Origin: Spirulina sp.
Lineage (GTDB): Bacteria; Cyanobacteriota; Cyanobacteriia; Phormidesmidales; Phormidesmidaceae
Assembly: GCA_044070495.1 (NCBI GenBank)
Contig: JBIPSI010000009.1
Coordinates: 32,001 to 96,000, forward strand
DNA length: 64,000 bases
Reading direction: 5' to 3'
A model generated the notes under the pieces. The model ran no database searches. It was not told the origin of the DNA and saw nothing but the letters and a program-made list of their open reading frames with translations. Shown piece after piece: positions 1-9,786 of this stretch (position 1 is its first letter; each line of letters opens with the position of its first letter). The translations under genes and the position numbers were made by a program.

Positions 1-1551
1 CACCTCGGCGATGATTTCTTCGACTTGCTGGGTTTCTTCGGCCCGTTCGGCGTCGCTTTGGATGCGGGTGCGGCGGGGGTCGTTGAACTTTTTGCGGAGG
101 GATCGGAGTTCTTTTTTCAGGGCCTTCAGCAGTTCCTTGCGGTCGGCTAGGAGGTTCTGCAATTCGTCCCGGCGCTGGGTGAGTTCTTCAAATTCGGTTT
201 CGAGACCCTGGCGCTCCATCCCGGTAAGCTTGCGTAGGGGCATGGCCAAAATAGCGTCAGACTGCCGTTCGCTGAGGGTGAACCGTTCCTGAAAAATCTG
301 CTTGGCGGTGGTGCCGTCGGGGGCGTTGCGGAGGATGTCGATGATGGCATCGAGGTTGTTCAGGGCAGTGAGCAGTCCCTCGGTGATGTGGCGCTTGGCT
401 TCGGTTTTTTCGAGCTGGTGCTGGTAGTGGCGGGTGAGGGTGGTTTCCCGAAAGTCTAAAAAGGCCTGCATCACCTCGCGCAGGGGCATTTGGCGGGGTT
501 GGCCGTTGTCTAGGGCCAGCATAATCACCCCAAAGTTGCTTTGCAGCGGGGTCATGCGATAGAGGTCTTGCAGCACCTTTTGGGCGGGGGAATCGCGCTT
601 TAGTTCGATCACCACCCGCATCCCGTCGCGGTCGCTTTCGTCCCGGATATCGGCGATGCCCTCCAGTTTGCCTGCGTTCACCAACTGGGCGATTTTCTCA
701 ATCCAGCCCGCCTTGTTCACCTGGTAGGGCAGTTCTGTTACCACAATGGCGTTGCGACGCTGGCGACCCTTGCCGGGGTGAACTTCCTCAAACTGGCAGA
801 TGCCGCGCACGGGAATGCTACCCCGTCCGGTGCGGTAGGCATCGAGAATCCCCTCGGTGCCGATGATTTCGCCCCCCGTGGGAAAATCCGGGCCAGGAAT
901 CAGGCGAAAGAGTTCGTCATCGGACATCTGGGGCCGCTCAATCATGGCAATTAGCCCGTCCACCACCTCCCCCATATTGTGGGGCGGAATGTTCGTCGCC
1001 ATGCCCACAGCAATGCCGGAACAGCCGTTCAGCAACAGGTTGGGCAACTGGGCAGGCAGCACCACGGGTTCCTGCTGGGAGCTATCGAAGTTGTCGATGA
1101 AGTCCACCAGGGCTTCGCTGATGTCTCCTAGCATGGCCCCATGGCTGACGGGGGAGAGGCGGGTTTCGGTGTAGCGCATCGCCGCCGGGGGGTCGTTATC
1201 CACCGATCCAAAATTGCCGTGGCCATCCAGCAGGGGGTAGCGGCTAGAGAAGGTCTGCACCATCCGCACCAGGGCATCGTAGACCGCCTGATCGCCGTGG
1301 GGGTGGTATTTGCCCAGCACATCCCCCACCACACGGGCACATTTGCGGTAGGGCCGATCCGGCGTTAGCCCCAGTTCGTGCATGGCGTAGAGAATGCGGC
1401 GATGCACGGGTTTGAGACCATCACGCACGTCGGGCAAGGCCCGCCCTACAATCACGCTCATGGCGTATTCCAGGTACGACCGTTGCACCTCGGTATGCAG
1501 CGAGGTGGGCACAATTTGTCCCGAAGCCAGTAGGTTCAGTTGGTCGGACAT
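1..1551 (-). CDS. gyrA: DNA gyrase/topoisomerase IV subunit A, N-terminal part (runs off the window start)
   Basis: Manual translation from ATG 1551: MSDQLNLL...[29 protein letters not shown]...GKYHPHGD...AAMRYTE (catalytic Tyr)...GPDFPTGG. The frame stays open to position 1. The CTD is not visible, so GyrA versus the ParC-like paralog is unresolved. Confidence 0.92.
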   Translation of the reverse strand, partial: MSDQLNLLASGQIVPTSLHTEVQRSYLEYAMSVIVGRALPDVRDGLKPVHRRILYAMHELGLTPDRPYRKCARVVGDVLGKYHPHGDQAVYDALVRMVQTFSSRYPLLDGHGNFGSVDNDPPAAMRYTETRLSPVSHGAMLGDISEALVDFIDNFDSSQQEPVVLPAQLPNLLLNGCSGIAVGMATNIPPHNMGEVVDGLIAMIERPQMSDDELFRLIPGPDFPTGGEIIGTEGILDAYRTGRGSIPVRGICQFEEVHPGKGRQRRNAIVVTELPYQVNKAGWIEKIAQLVNAGKLEGIADIRDESDRDGMRVVIELKRDSPAQKVLQDLYRMTPLQSNFGVIMLALDNGQPRQMPLREVMQAFLDFRETTLTRHYQHQLEKTEAKRHITEGLLTALNNLDAIIDILRNAPDGTTAKQIFQERFTLSERQSDAILAMPLRKLTGMERQGLETEFEELTQRRDELQNLLADRKELLKALKKELRSLRKKFNDPRRTRIQSDAERAEETQQVEEIIAEV

Positions 1552-1759
1552 GGGTGGGGTTTCCTGGGTGGGAAGACGGGAGGGTTAACAATGCTGTAAC
1601 TTAATGGCAAGGGTAGCGACATGGCAAGCTTTTCGGCATCTGTTTCGATGAACCTAGCTTGCCTGAGGCGCTGTTTTAACACCAAGGGCATCTGCACCCT
1701 GACAGGCTTTTTTAGGGTTTTGTGGCATAGTGATGCGGTGATACGGGGAGATAGGCACC

Positions 1760-2167
1760 ATGAAAACCGTCCTAATTGTGGAAGATGACTTGGTTAATGC
1801 ACGGGTGTTCTCCAAAATTTTGACCAAACGGGGTGGTCTCGCCGTCAAACACACCGAAGATGTGGAGGAGGTCGTGGCGCTAGCCCGTGGCCGCGAGGTA
1901 GACGTTATTTTGATGGATGTGTCCTTGGCCCACAGCATGTACCAGGGCAAACCCATGGACGGCATCAAAATTACCCAACTGCTGAAGGCCGACCCCCAAA
2001 CCGCTGACCTGCCGATTATTTTGGTGACCGCCCACGCCATGGACGGCGACCGGGAAAACTTTCTCAGCCAAAGTGGGGCCGACGACTACATCTCCAAACC
2101 CGTGATTGACCATCAGCATTTTGTGGATCAAATTAAAGCCACCATGGGAGAACCCGCTGGCGAGTAA
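1760..2167 (+). CDS. Single-domain response regulator (CheY/DivK-like)
   Basis: LIVEDD...ILMDVSL...LVTAHAM...YISKP receiver motifs. Confidence 0.93.
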   Translation: MKTVLIVEDDLVNARVFSKILTKRGGLAVKHTEDVEEVVALARGREVDVILMDVSLAHSMYQGKPMDGIKITQLLKADPQTADLPIILVTAHAMDGDRENFLSQSGADDYISKPVIDHQHFVDQIKATMGEPAGE

Positions 2168-2206
2168 ATACATTTGTATTATATAGCCACCCTTTTGGCA
2201 AGGGGT

Positions 2207-2675
2207 CTATTGACCGTACCAACCCTTGCGCCACGGCTGCATTTGGCCGATTTCCTGGGTCTGGGCGGTGATGATGGCCTCGGCGAGCTAGTAAATTTCG
2301 GACCGCTGAGACTGTCCCAGGGCGGAATCCGCCCTGGTCACAGCCCCCTGGTGGTGAATCACCAGGGCATCGATGAAGCGCAGGTCGTAGGTGGCATCCG
2401 CTGGGCCAAGATCCATGGTGTGGTCGCCGTGGGCCATGCCACCGGCGGCGGCAGATGGTGCGGTGCCATCGGCGGGGGGGTGGCGCAGACTTCCCCATTG
2501 GCCGCTGTGTCATCGGTGGCGGTGCCTGCGGTGTCGGTATCGCAGGGGATAGCGGTTGGGGATTCCCCTGCTGTGGAACCCAGGTTAGGGCTGCTTTGCC
2601 ACAGGCGTAGACCATCAGGCTGAGGGGTAACAGAGTGCCCAGCCATTTCCACCGATGTTGTGACCAAGTTGTCAC
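2207..2675 (-). pseudogene. DUF305/CopM-like metal-binding lipoprotein pseudogene
   Basis: AGGAGG RBS, GTG start and lipobox (LMVYAC). Two frameshifts follow, then MAHGDHTMDLGPADATYDLRFIDALVIHHQGAV...SEIY*LAEAIITAQTQEIGQMQPWRKGWY with an in-frame TAG at 2290-2288. Confidence 0.8.
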
Positions 2676-2740
2676 TGGCTTCGTTCCTCCTAGGTAGGGG
2701 CAATGCCTTCCCTGTAGGATAGCGGCCTCAGGAGGATGGG

Positions 2741-3562
2741 CTAGGGATGGTGGGTTTCATGGTTTTCCTGGGCTTCTGGGGGGCTGGCGCTGGCATCGTT
2801 CCGCCGAAAGGACGCATGGATTTGGTTCAACAGGGTATCCACATCGTGGCTACGGGTTTCGTAGCGGCTGATCAAAACGGCGGTGGCGTCGCCGTAGCCG
2901 ATGACCGTCATAAAGGCGTAGGGCAATCCCGGATCGGGGAGATCCGCCAGCCAGAGCCGTAGGGCGGTGGTGCTGTCTAGGGCAATGGCGTCGTACAGGG
3001 TGACGGTATAGCCCTTTTCCCGAATGTCTGCGAGTATCGTCGGCACCATGGCCCCCGGAGCCTGGGTATACCAGGACACCTCTGTGGTAATGGTGGATCC
3101 TCCCGTCGGGGAGGTTGCGGTCAAATGGGGATTGGTTTCACCGTGGGTAATCACCCAGGTTTCGGGGAACCCCAGGGCAAACTGGGAGCCATGGGTGGCG
3201 GGGGTGAGCGGTACTGGGGCGGCAGCGGACGGCTCTGCCATGGGGGTCGCAGCGTCATTGCCCTGATCATCATCGCCCTGATCCACACCACCAGCAGCAA
3301 CGTCACTCGGTTCGGCCTTGGCGGGAACTGGCTGGTCAGCCTTGCCCATCGGAGTCGTTTGGGCCATGGCTGGGGTGGTTCCCTGGGCCGCAGCGGACAA
3401 TAAAAGCGCCTGGACTCCGAGGGGGAATACTATCCCCAAAATCAGCCCTAGGAGGTGACGCCCCTGGACATAGCGCAGACGTGGGTTAGCGTGGCCGATC
3501 ATGGCAGTATCCTTACCTTGGGAATCAGGGCGGAGCGGGTTCAATGGGGCATGGAATGTCAA
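2741..3562 (-). CDS. Exported/membrane-anchored hypothetical protein (possible PsbP/DcrB-like C-terminal domain); start uncertain
   Basis: Hydrophobic N-terminal segment, low-complexity linker, then F.LGFPETW motif and a C-terminal 'ILASF'-like ending. Confidence 0.65.
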   Translation of the reverse strand: MTFHAPLNPLRPDSQGKDTAMIGHANPRLRYVQGRHLLGLILGIVFPLGVQALLLSAAAQGTTPAMAQTTPMGKADQPVPAKAEPSDVAAGGVDQGDDDQGNDAATPMAEPSAAAPVPLTPATHGSQFALGFPETWVITHGETNPHLTATSPTGGSTITTEVSWYTQAPGAMVPTILADIREKGYTVTLYDAIALDSTTALRLWLADLPDPGLPYAFMTVIGYGDATAVLISRYETRSHDVDTLLNQIHASFRRNDASASPPEAQENHETHHP

Positions 3563-3613
3563 CGAGGGTTGACTAGCGCCCCATCGCCGTCTGTGAGAGT
3601 TGTCTGTGAGGGA

Positions 3614-5458
3614 CTATCTCGGCAGTTGGTTGAGGTCGGGACGCAATTTTAGCCGCACCAGAATGAGCGTAATATTATCGTGGCCATTTTTCTCATTGGC
3701 CAACTGAATCAGATCCGCTGCCCCCTGCTCAAGGTTAGCCCTGGAGCTAAGCAGGGGGGCAATGTGGCTGGCTTCGTGACGCTCTAGCAAATTGTTGTCG
3801 CTCAGCCCGTCAGAACAGAGGATAAACAGGGTATCTTCGGCCACCTCTTGGTAGCGAATCCCCGGCCTGAGAGCCTCTTGGTCGCGGGGGCCAAGGGCTT
3901 GGGTGAGCTGGTAGGCATCGGGGCGGGCGTAGGCAATGGCGGGTTCTACGCCGCGATTGATTTCCCGCTGGCCCACCTCGTGGTCATCGGTGAGTTGTTG
4001 TAGGCCGGAGCGCTTGCAGTAGCTATAGATGCGGCTATCGCCCACATGCACCAGGGCCACCCGCAAATCCTGCACGAGGGCCATCACCAAGGTGGTGCCC
4101 ATCCGCCCCAGCCCCGATGAAGCCTTCACCTGATTGGCGTTAAAAATCGCTTGGTTGGCCTTGGCTACCCCAGCACCGATGGTGGCTTCATTGGGCCAAT
4201 CCTCTGTCATGACCGGAACAAAGTAATCTTTCAGCGTTTGCACCGCCAGTTGACTAGCCACCTCCCCAGAGGCATGGCCACCCATCCCATCACAGAGGAT
4301 GTATAGGCCGGAAGCCTCCAGTTGGGAACCTTGGGGGCCATCTTGGCGCAGGATGTGAGTTTGGCAGAAGAACCAGTCCTCATTGTGGTTGCGCTGCTGT
4401 CCCACATGGCTCTGCCCGGCATCCTCCAGGGAGATCAGCTTCATCGGCAGCACCATGGTGGGCAGATCAAGGCCACCCCCCTCCTCGGAGGCATCCTCGT
4501 CCTCGTCGTCCCGATTGGCCATGGCCAGGCGCAGCAGTTCATCGTCGCTGGGGGGGACGTCCATCGCGCCGTCATCGGGAGATAGATCGGGAGATAGATC
4601 GGGCGTGAAATCAAGGGCAACCCCGGTCGGGCCAGATCGATATTGCCCCGCCAACTCGGCCAAGGCTTCCTGGAGCCGATCAAGGGGCGTGAGATGGCCT
4701 TCCGCCAGGGCTTGAATGAGCTGCTGGAGGGCCAGGGCCGGAGATAGGGCCTCGGCTAACAACATGCGCTGCCAGGTTTGCCCTAGGGCGGGTAGGTTGG
4801 GCGTGGTGGCGGATTGATCAATATAGCTGAGGCAAAGCAGGTGATTCGGGCTGAGCACCAGTCGGTCTGGGTTGAGCAGGGTGATCTGCCCCTGCCAAGG
4901 TGCTAGGGCCTGCCACAGCAGCGTAATTTCAAAGAGCCACTGGGTTTGCTGCAACGGATCCATGGTTTTGGCGGGCCACAGGTCTTCCAGCCGAGGCCAA
5001 TCGCTGCGATCCTCCACCAAAAGAATGGTCTGATCCTCGGACACAATTATGTCATGCAGTTCGGGTACTGCTGGAAAGTAATCGGCCTGGAGGGCAAGGT
5101 AGGGGAAGGCCTGGGGGGGCACCTGGGCGGTGGGCACTGTGGTCGGGTCTAGCCCCGGATTCTCCAGCCAGAGATCCTGGAGATCCTGGAGGGGTGATCC
5201 TTGGTCGGGTTGGCAATCGAGTACCCTTTGGGTGATCACCCTATCCCCAGCCACCGTCCACTGGCGCTGGGGCTGACCCAGGCGTTGATAGCGCTGGCCG
5301 TCATCCAGATAGGGGGAGTACCCCCAATCCTCCTCCGGGTCTTCCGTCATCCGGTGGGGATAGAGCAAGCTGTACCAGCGTTGTAGCGGCTGGCCGCACT
5401 GATCGCACGCCCCCCGATCTTCAGGGTTTTGATACTGGCAAAAAGGGCAAGTTAGCAT
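3614..5458 (-). CDS. PP2C-family Ser/Thr phosphatase with N-terminal zinc ribbon
   Basis: CPFC..CDQC at the N-terminus; C-terminal RNHNED, LCDGMGGH, MGTT, HVGDSR, LCSDGL, GHDNIT motifs. Confidence 0.92.
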   Translation of the reverse strand: MLTCPFCQYQNPEDRGACDQCGQPLQRWYSLLYPHRMTEDPEEDWGYSPYLDDGQRYQRLGQPQRQWTVAGDRVITQRVLDCQPDQGSPLQDLQDLWLENPGLDPTTVPTAQVPPQAFPYLALQADYFPAVPELHDIIVSEDQTILLVEDRSDWPRLEDLWPAKTMDPLQQTQWLFEITLLWQALAPWQGQITLLNPDRLVLSPNHLLCLSYIDQSATTPNLPALGQTWQRMLLAEALSPALALQQLIQALAEGHLTPLDRLQEALAELAGQYRSGPTGVALDFTPDLSPDLSPDDGAMDVPPSDDELLRLAMANRDDEDEDASEEGGGLDLPTMVLPMKLISLEDAGQSHVGQQRNHNEDWFFCQTHILRQDGPQGSQLEASGLYILCDGMGGHASGEVASQLAVQTLKDYFVPVMTEDWPNEATIGAGVAKANQAIFNANQVKASSGLGRMGTTLVMALVQDLRVALVHVGDSRIYSYCKRSGLQQLTDDHEVGQREINRGVEPAIAYARPDAYQLTQALGPRDQEALRPGIRYQEVAEDTLFILCSDGLSDNNLLERHEASHIAPLLSSRANLEQGAADLIQLANEKNGHDNITLILVRLKLRPDLNQLPR

Positions 5459-5823
5459 CGCTGAACGCCAATCCAAGCTAGGCTAGTGTGCCCATTGTGG
5501 ATCAAATGGGCCAAGTCGGCTCACAGTTGGGTCACCGAACCGTGAATCTTTAAGGTATCGGCTGCGATAGAGTTTCACCAAAGCGCTCGCTGCACCTTAC
5601 CCCATTCCCTAGGGTTGCGGGTCAGGTAGCCAGTGGTTGCCGGTCACCCCTGATCGCCTCCGATGAGTTCTGAGGGTTCTGAGGGTAAGATGCGATGCCC
5701 TTCAGTATGCCATGGGACTCTGCGCTAGGGGGGATTTCATCGGTATGGGCAAGGTAAAACATCCTACCTTAAAGACTCTATCGCTAGGGACGCTATTTTG
5801 CCCTGTTCATCCGGCCTAACCGC

Positions 5824-6417
5824 CTAGACCATCGCCCTCAGTCGCCGTTGCTCATCGGGGGTGATGGGTCGCCATTGGCCGGGTTCCAGATCGGCCAGGG
5901 TCAGATCCCCAATGGCCCAGCGCACCAGGCGCAGGGTGGGATGGCCCACGGCGGCGGTCATGCGGCGCACCTGACGATTTTTGCCCTCCCGCAGGGTGAT
6001 GGCAATCCAGGTGGTCGGAATGGACTGCCGATAGCGAATGGGCGGTTCTCGCGGCGGCAGACTAGGCTCTGTGGGCAAGGGCCTAGCTTGGCAAGGACGG
6101 GTACGGTAGCCCCGAATGGTAACTCCCCGCTGCAATTGGGTGAGGGCGGCGGCGGTAGGTTCCCCTTCCACCTGCACCCAGTAGGTACGGGGGTGGCCGT
6201 AACGGGGATCGCTGAGCCGATGCTGGAGACGGCCATCATCGGTGAGCAGCATCAACCCTTCACTATCGCGATCCAAGCGTCCTACGGGGTAGACCTCAGG
6301 GATGGGAATAAAGTCCTTCAGGGTGAGGGCCGAAGTCGCGTCCTCGGAGGCGCTAAATTGGCTCAGAACGTTGTAGGGCTTATAGAACAAGAGATATTGA
6401 TAGGCCATTGTCTCCAT
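5824..6417 (-). CDS. rluE: rRNA pseudouridine synthase (RluE/RsuA family)
   Basis: [10 protein letters not shown] and [10 protein letters not shown] motifs; no S4 domain. Confidence 0.88.
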   Translation of the reverse strand: METMAYQYLLFYKPYNVLSQFSASEDATSALTLKDFIPIPEVYPVGRLDRDSEGLMLLTDDGRLQHRLSDPRYGHPRTYWVQVEGEPTAAALTQLQRGVTIRGYRTRPCQARPLPTEPSLPPREPPIRYRQSIPTTWIAITLREGKNRQVRRMTAAVGHPTLRLVRWAIGDLTLADLEPGQWRPITPDEQRRLRAMV

Positions 6418-6706
6418 GCCCAGGAGGCTACCCTGGGTCGGGTTTCATGCTGTTTCAAGAACGTTTAAATACTAAATCCAGTGTGTTTGCCCCCGACATT
6501 GGCGGACAAGGAGACCTCTCCCCTACGGTTTGTCGGGCTGGGAATCGGGGGTTTCCAATTCGGATTGGACATCAATTTCATAACGTCTTCGATGACGTCG
6601 AGTACCCAAGGGGGGCGAAGGGTTAAATGACAGCCCTTGATTGCAACTTTTTATTGCAACTGTTGTGGAAATATTGAGAATCCCCAGGCTCCTAGGCTGT
6701 CCCGAT

Positions 6707-7051
6707 ATGCTGAAATCTATCGTATCAACCCAGGATATCCCTATGGACACCGAAACCCGATACCGCTTTTCTTGCACCCTCACCTTTGGCGACATCTACG
6801 GCCAAGTGATTGCTTGGCTAGTGATTTTGTTCATTAGTTTAGCGGCCTCCCTGGCCCTGATGGGGGCACGGCAACCCGTTGTTGCCCTGGCGGCGGTGGG
6901 GTTAATTTTGGTGTTGTCTCTACCGTTTTTGCTGTTTGCCTTCGTCACCACCCTGCTCAACCACATCGAATTTGAACCCGTCGCTGCCACCAAGCCCGTT
7001 GCGAGTTCCGCCGACGTTCGTGACCGCACCCCGGCCCAGGCCGTCAGCTAA
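6707..7051 (+). CDS. Small two-TM cyanobacterial hypothetical protein
   Basis: CTLTFGDIYGQ followed by two hydrophobic helices; ATG 6707 chosen as the start. Confidence 0.75.
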   Translation: MLKSIVSTQDIPMDTETRYRFSCTLTFGDIYGQVIAWLVILFISLAASLALMGARQPVVALAAVGLILVLSLPFLLFAFVTTLLNHIEFEPVAATKPVASSADVRDRTPAQAVS

Positions 7052-7074
7052 ATTCTGAACAAGCGTTATCGCCC

Positions 7075-7109
7075 GTAACGGGCTAGCTCATCCATGGCTA
7101 GCCCGTTAC
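7075..7109. terminator. Hairpin between convergent genes (putative bidirectional terminator)
   Basis: GTAACGGGCTAGC-N9-GCTAGCCCGTTAC, a perfect 13-bp stem. Confidence 0.6.
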
Positions 7110-7193
7110 TTATGTTGGCGATGGCTGCGACAACTCCGTCGGTCGGCGGAGTCTTGAGTCGGCTGGGTTAGGTGTAGCGCCGTAACGCATTCC

Positions 7194-8114
7194 TTATTCG
7201 TTCGGGGTTGTCCCTCCCTCCGTTGCGCCTTCATCCGCTGGTGCGGTTTCAAGGGGCAGGGGGGCTTCGGAACCTTCAGGATTGAGGGGCAGGGGAGCTT
7301 CCCCCTGGGCCGCCATCTGCTGAATTTGGTCTTTAAACTGGGCCGGAGCAATGGCCGTGGCCTGATCAAAGAGATCCTTCGCCGCCGCCGCATCGCCCTG
7401 TTCCTGCAATACCAATGCCTTAGCCAGCAGCGGACGGAAGTCTTCGGGGGCGGCGGTGATGGCTGCGTCGTATTGGGCGATGGCCTGGTCTGCTTGGTTG
7501 TCTTCGAGGTAGACCTGGGCCAGCAGCAGCTTAATGGAAATGGTATCTAGACCAGGGGTCGGGCCTTCGGCCTGGAGGCGCTCGGCGGTGGTCGCCGCAT
7601 CCTGTAACAGGCCAACGGCGGCCTGGGGACGACCCTGCTGCACTAAAAGTGCCGTCAAACCTTGCAGGGCATTCATGTCGGTGGGCTGTTGATCTAACAC
7701 CGTGCGATAGATTTGGGCGGCCCCTTCCAAATCACCGGTTTGTTGCTTGGTTTGGGCCAGTAGCACTTGATATTCCGTCACCGTGGGGTTAAGCTCCACC
7801 AGTTTTTCTAGGGGGGCTACCACCGCCGCCACGTTGCCCAACTGCACTTGGGTATCAATCAGCCCCCGCAGGGCCGTTTGGTTGTCCGGTTCGCGTTCTA
7901 GCACCAATTCATAGCCCCTAGCCTGGGCCTCTAGCTCGGCCTGCATGGCGCTGGGGTCGGGGGCGGGGGTATCATCGGTGCCCGTGGCCTGCCGGTTGGA
8001 GTTGCCGCTCAAAAAGGGCAAAAACGACAGGGACAGAAACGCTGCCAAGGCTAGCGTTAGTACCGTTCCCACCAACCAACGATTGCGTTTTACAGTCACA
8101 GGTCTATCCCCCAC
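7194..8114 (-). CDS. Membrane-anchored TPR protein
   Basis: N-terminal TM helix followed by several TPR-like repeats. Confidence 0.85.
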   Translation of the reverse strand: MGDRPVTVKRNRWLVGTVLTLALAAFLSLSFLPFLSGNSNRQATGTDDTPAPDPSAMQAELEAQARGYELVLEREPDNQTALRGLIDTQVQLGNVAAVVAPLEKLVELNPTVTEYQVLLAQTKQQTGDLEGAAQIYRTVLDQQPTDMNALQGLTALLVQQGRPQAAVGLLQDAATTAERLQAEGPTPGLDTISIKLLLAQVYLEDNQADQAIAQYDAAITAAPEDFRPLLAKALVLQEQGDAAAAKDLFDQATAIAPAQFKDQIQQMAAQGEAPLPLNPEGSEAPLPLETAPADEGATEGGTTPNE

Positions 8115-8614
8115 GATCCGGGCTTACAGCGTCTACCATCTGTCGTCTACCATCTGTTGCCTACCATCAGATCGGCCATGGAAATTCAGGTCTACCCATG
8201 TCCCTGGTTTAGTCCTGGACAAAGCCTAGGTGGGCGGCTTCCGTAGCGCACCGGGTACCTAGCCGCCAGGGCTACCTGGGTCAAGGGCACCGGCCTCATC
8301 GATAGACAGGCAAATGAGCCCGTTAATTCTAGCGCCTTCGGCTCCTCTTTTTACCTAGATTGAGGGCTAAACGTGATACCAGCGCCCTAACACCCATCCG
8401 CCCCCCTAGACAGAGTGATGCCCTTGGGCCATCGCACAACTCCATCGTAAGGACTTCACAAACGATACGGATTGTGGAGACATTGGCATGGAAAGATTAA
8501 AGACAGCCTAGGCCGTAGACCGTAATGTTACGCTAGGCTTACGCAGCTAGGTCAGGCTTGGCCTTGGAGCCGGTTGACCTAGCCGGTTGACGTTGAGAGG
8601 AGGTCGGTGGCGTT

Positions 8615-9772
8615 ATGAGTGCAATGGAAAAAAGTTCCTGGCCCGCAGCCCAGGGGGATACAACCGTGCCCCCAGCGGATGCATCGGAAGCCACCAAACC
8701 CCAGGCGGAGCGGCCTACGCTAGTGGCTCCTCCGGCCCGTCCGGTACGGCCCACCCCTCCCAAGCCCACGCCGCCCGTGGTGGCCCCTGTGGTTCCCGCC
8801 GCCGAAAAAGCACCTGAAAAAGAACCTGAAAAAGCCCCCCCGACGGCTCCAGAACCAGCCTTTGACCCTGCCGCCTACCGTCATTTGCCCATCGCGCCCC
8901 CCAGCGAACCGATGCAGTATCGCGCCATTGGCCTGGTGCGCGGCACCTACGTGCCTACGGAGGCCGATCAGATTAACCGAGGTAACCTCACCACCGACGA
9001 TGGCTTGACGGTAGATTCGGTGCTGCTAGGGCGGGTTACTAGCCTGGTCAAAAAGCACCTCGACCTCACGGCACCGCACCTGTGGGTGGTCTATCCCCGC
9101 ACCCGGCGCGAGACCGAAACCGACGAAGACCAGGATCTACACTTTCAGATTGTGGGGGTATGGGAGCCTGAAACCCTAGGATTGCCGGGGGAAGATCCCC
9201 AGGGCACCCCAGACGACGCTTCCGAGGAGATCCTCTCTGACGATAACGAGGAGGCTACAGCCGCCAAGGCCACAAAGGTCAAGGAGGGATCTCAAGATCA
9301 GGAATCTAAGGCCCAGGATCCTGCTCCAGCGGCCCCAGCCAGCCAGGGTGATGCCGCCCCATGGCCCACGGTGGATGAAAATTATTTCTCTATCCGAGGT
9401 GAGGTGGTCAAGCATGAGCCGGAGCAAGGGCTGATCACCGTCAAAATTCTCCAGGGCATTAAACGAACGCCGGGGGGAGCCAAATCCTTCAAGCTTACTC
9501 TGCAAGGGCAGATTGAAGGCCGCACCGTCGGTTACTTTTGGGACTTCCAAGTCAAACGCAGCGCCAAAATCCTGGCGGTGGAGACCGCCTCTGTGGTGGG
9601 TATTGTGCCACCCAAGAAACGTCCTAAGGGCAGCGGCGGCGGCGGACGGAGACCCGTGGGCAAGCGTCCCGGTGGCCCACGTTCCTCTGCCCCTCCCCGT
9701 AAACCCATGGGCACCCACGGCAGCCCCCGCCCCCGGAAGGTGATCTCGGAGGGGGGAGATACGCCTGCCTAG
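8615..9772 (+). CDS. Conserved cyanobacterial hypothetical protein
   Basis: Long ORF: Pro-rich N-terminus, core PSEPMQYRAIG...HLWVVYPRT...QIVGVWEP, basic tail. Confidence 0.8.
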   Translation: MSAMEKSSWPAAQGDTTVPPADASEATKPQAERPTLVAPPARPVRPTPPKPTPPVVAPVVPAAEKAPEKEPEKAPPTAPEPAFDPAAYRHLPIAPPSEPMQYRAIGLVRGTYVPTEADQINRGNLTTDDGLTVDSVLLGRVTSLVKKHLDLTAPHLWVVYPRTRRETETDEDQDLHFQIVGVWEPETLGLPGEDPQGTPDDASEEILSDDNEEATAAKATKVKEGSQDQESKAQDPAPAAPASQGDAAPWPTVDENYFSIRGEVVKHEPEQGLITVKILQGIKRTPGGAKSFKLTLQGQIEGRTVGYFWDFQVKRSAKILAVETASVVGIVPPKKRPKGSGGGGRRPVGKRPGGPRSSAPPRKPMGTHGSPRPRKVISEGGDTPA

Positions 9773-9786
9773 TGAGATGGGTGGGT

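Noticed and set aside
2133..2703. 180-aa and 114-aa ORFs as independent genes
   Set aside because: They are better explained as frame fragments of the DUF305 pseudogene.
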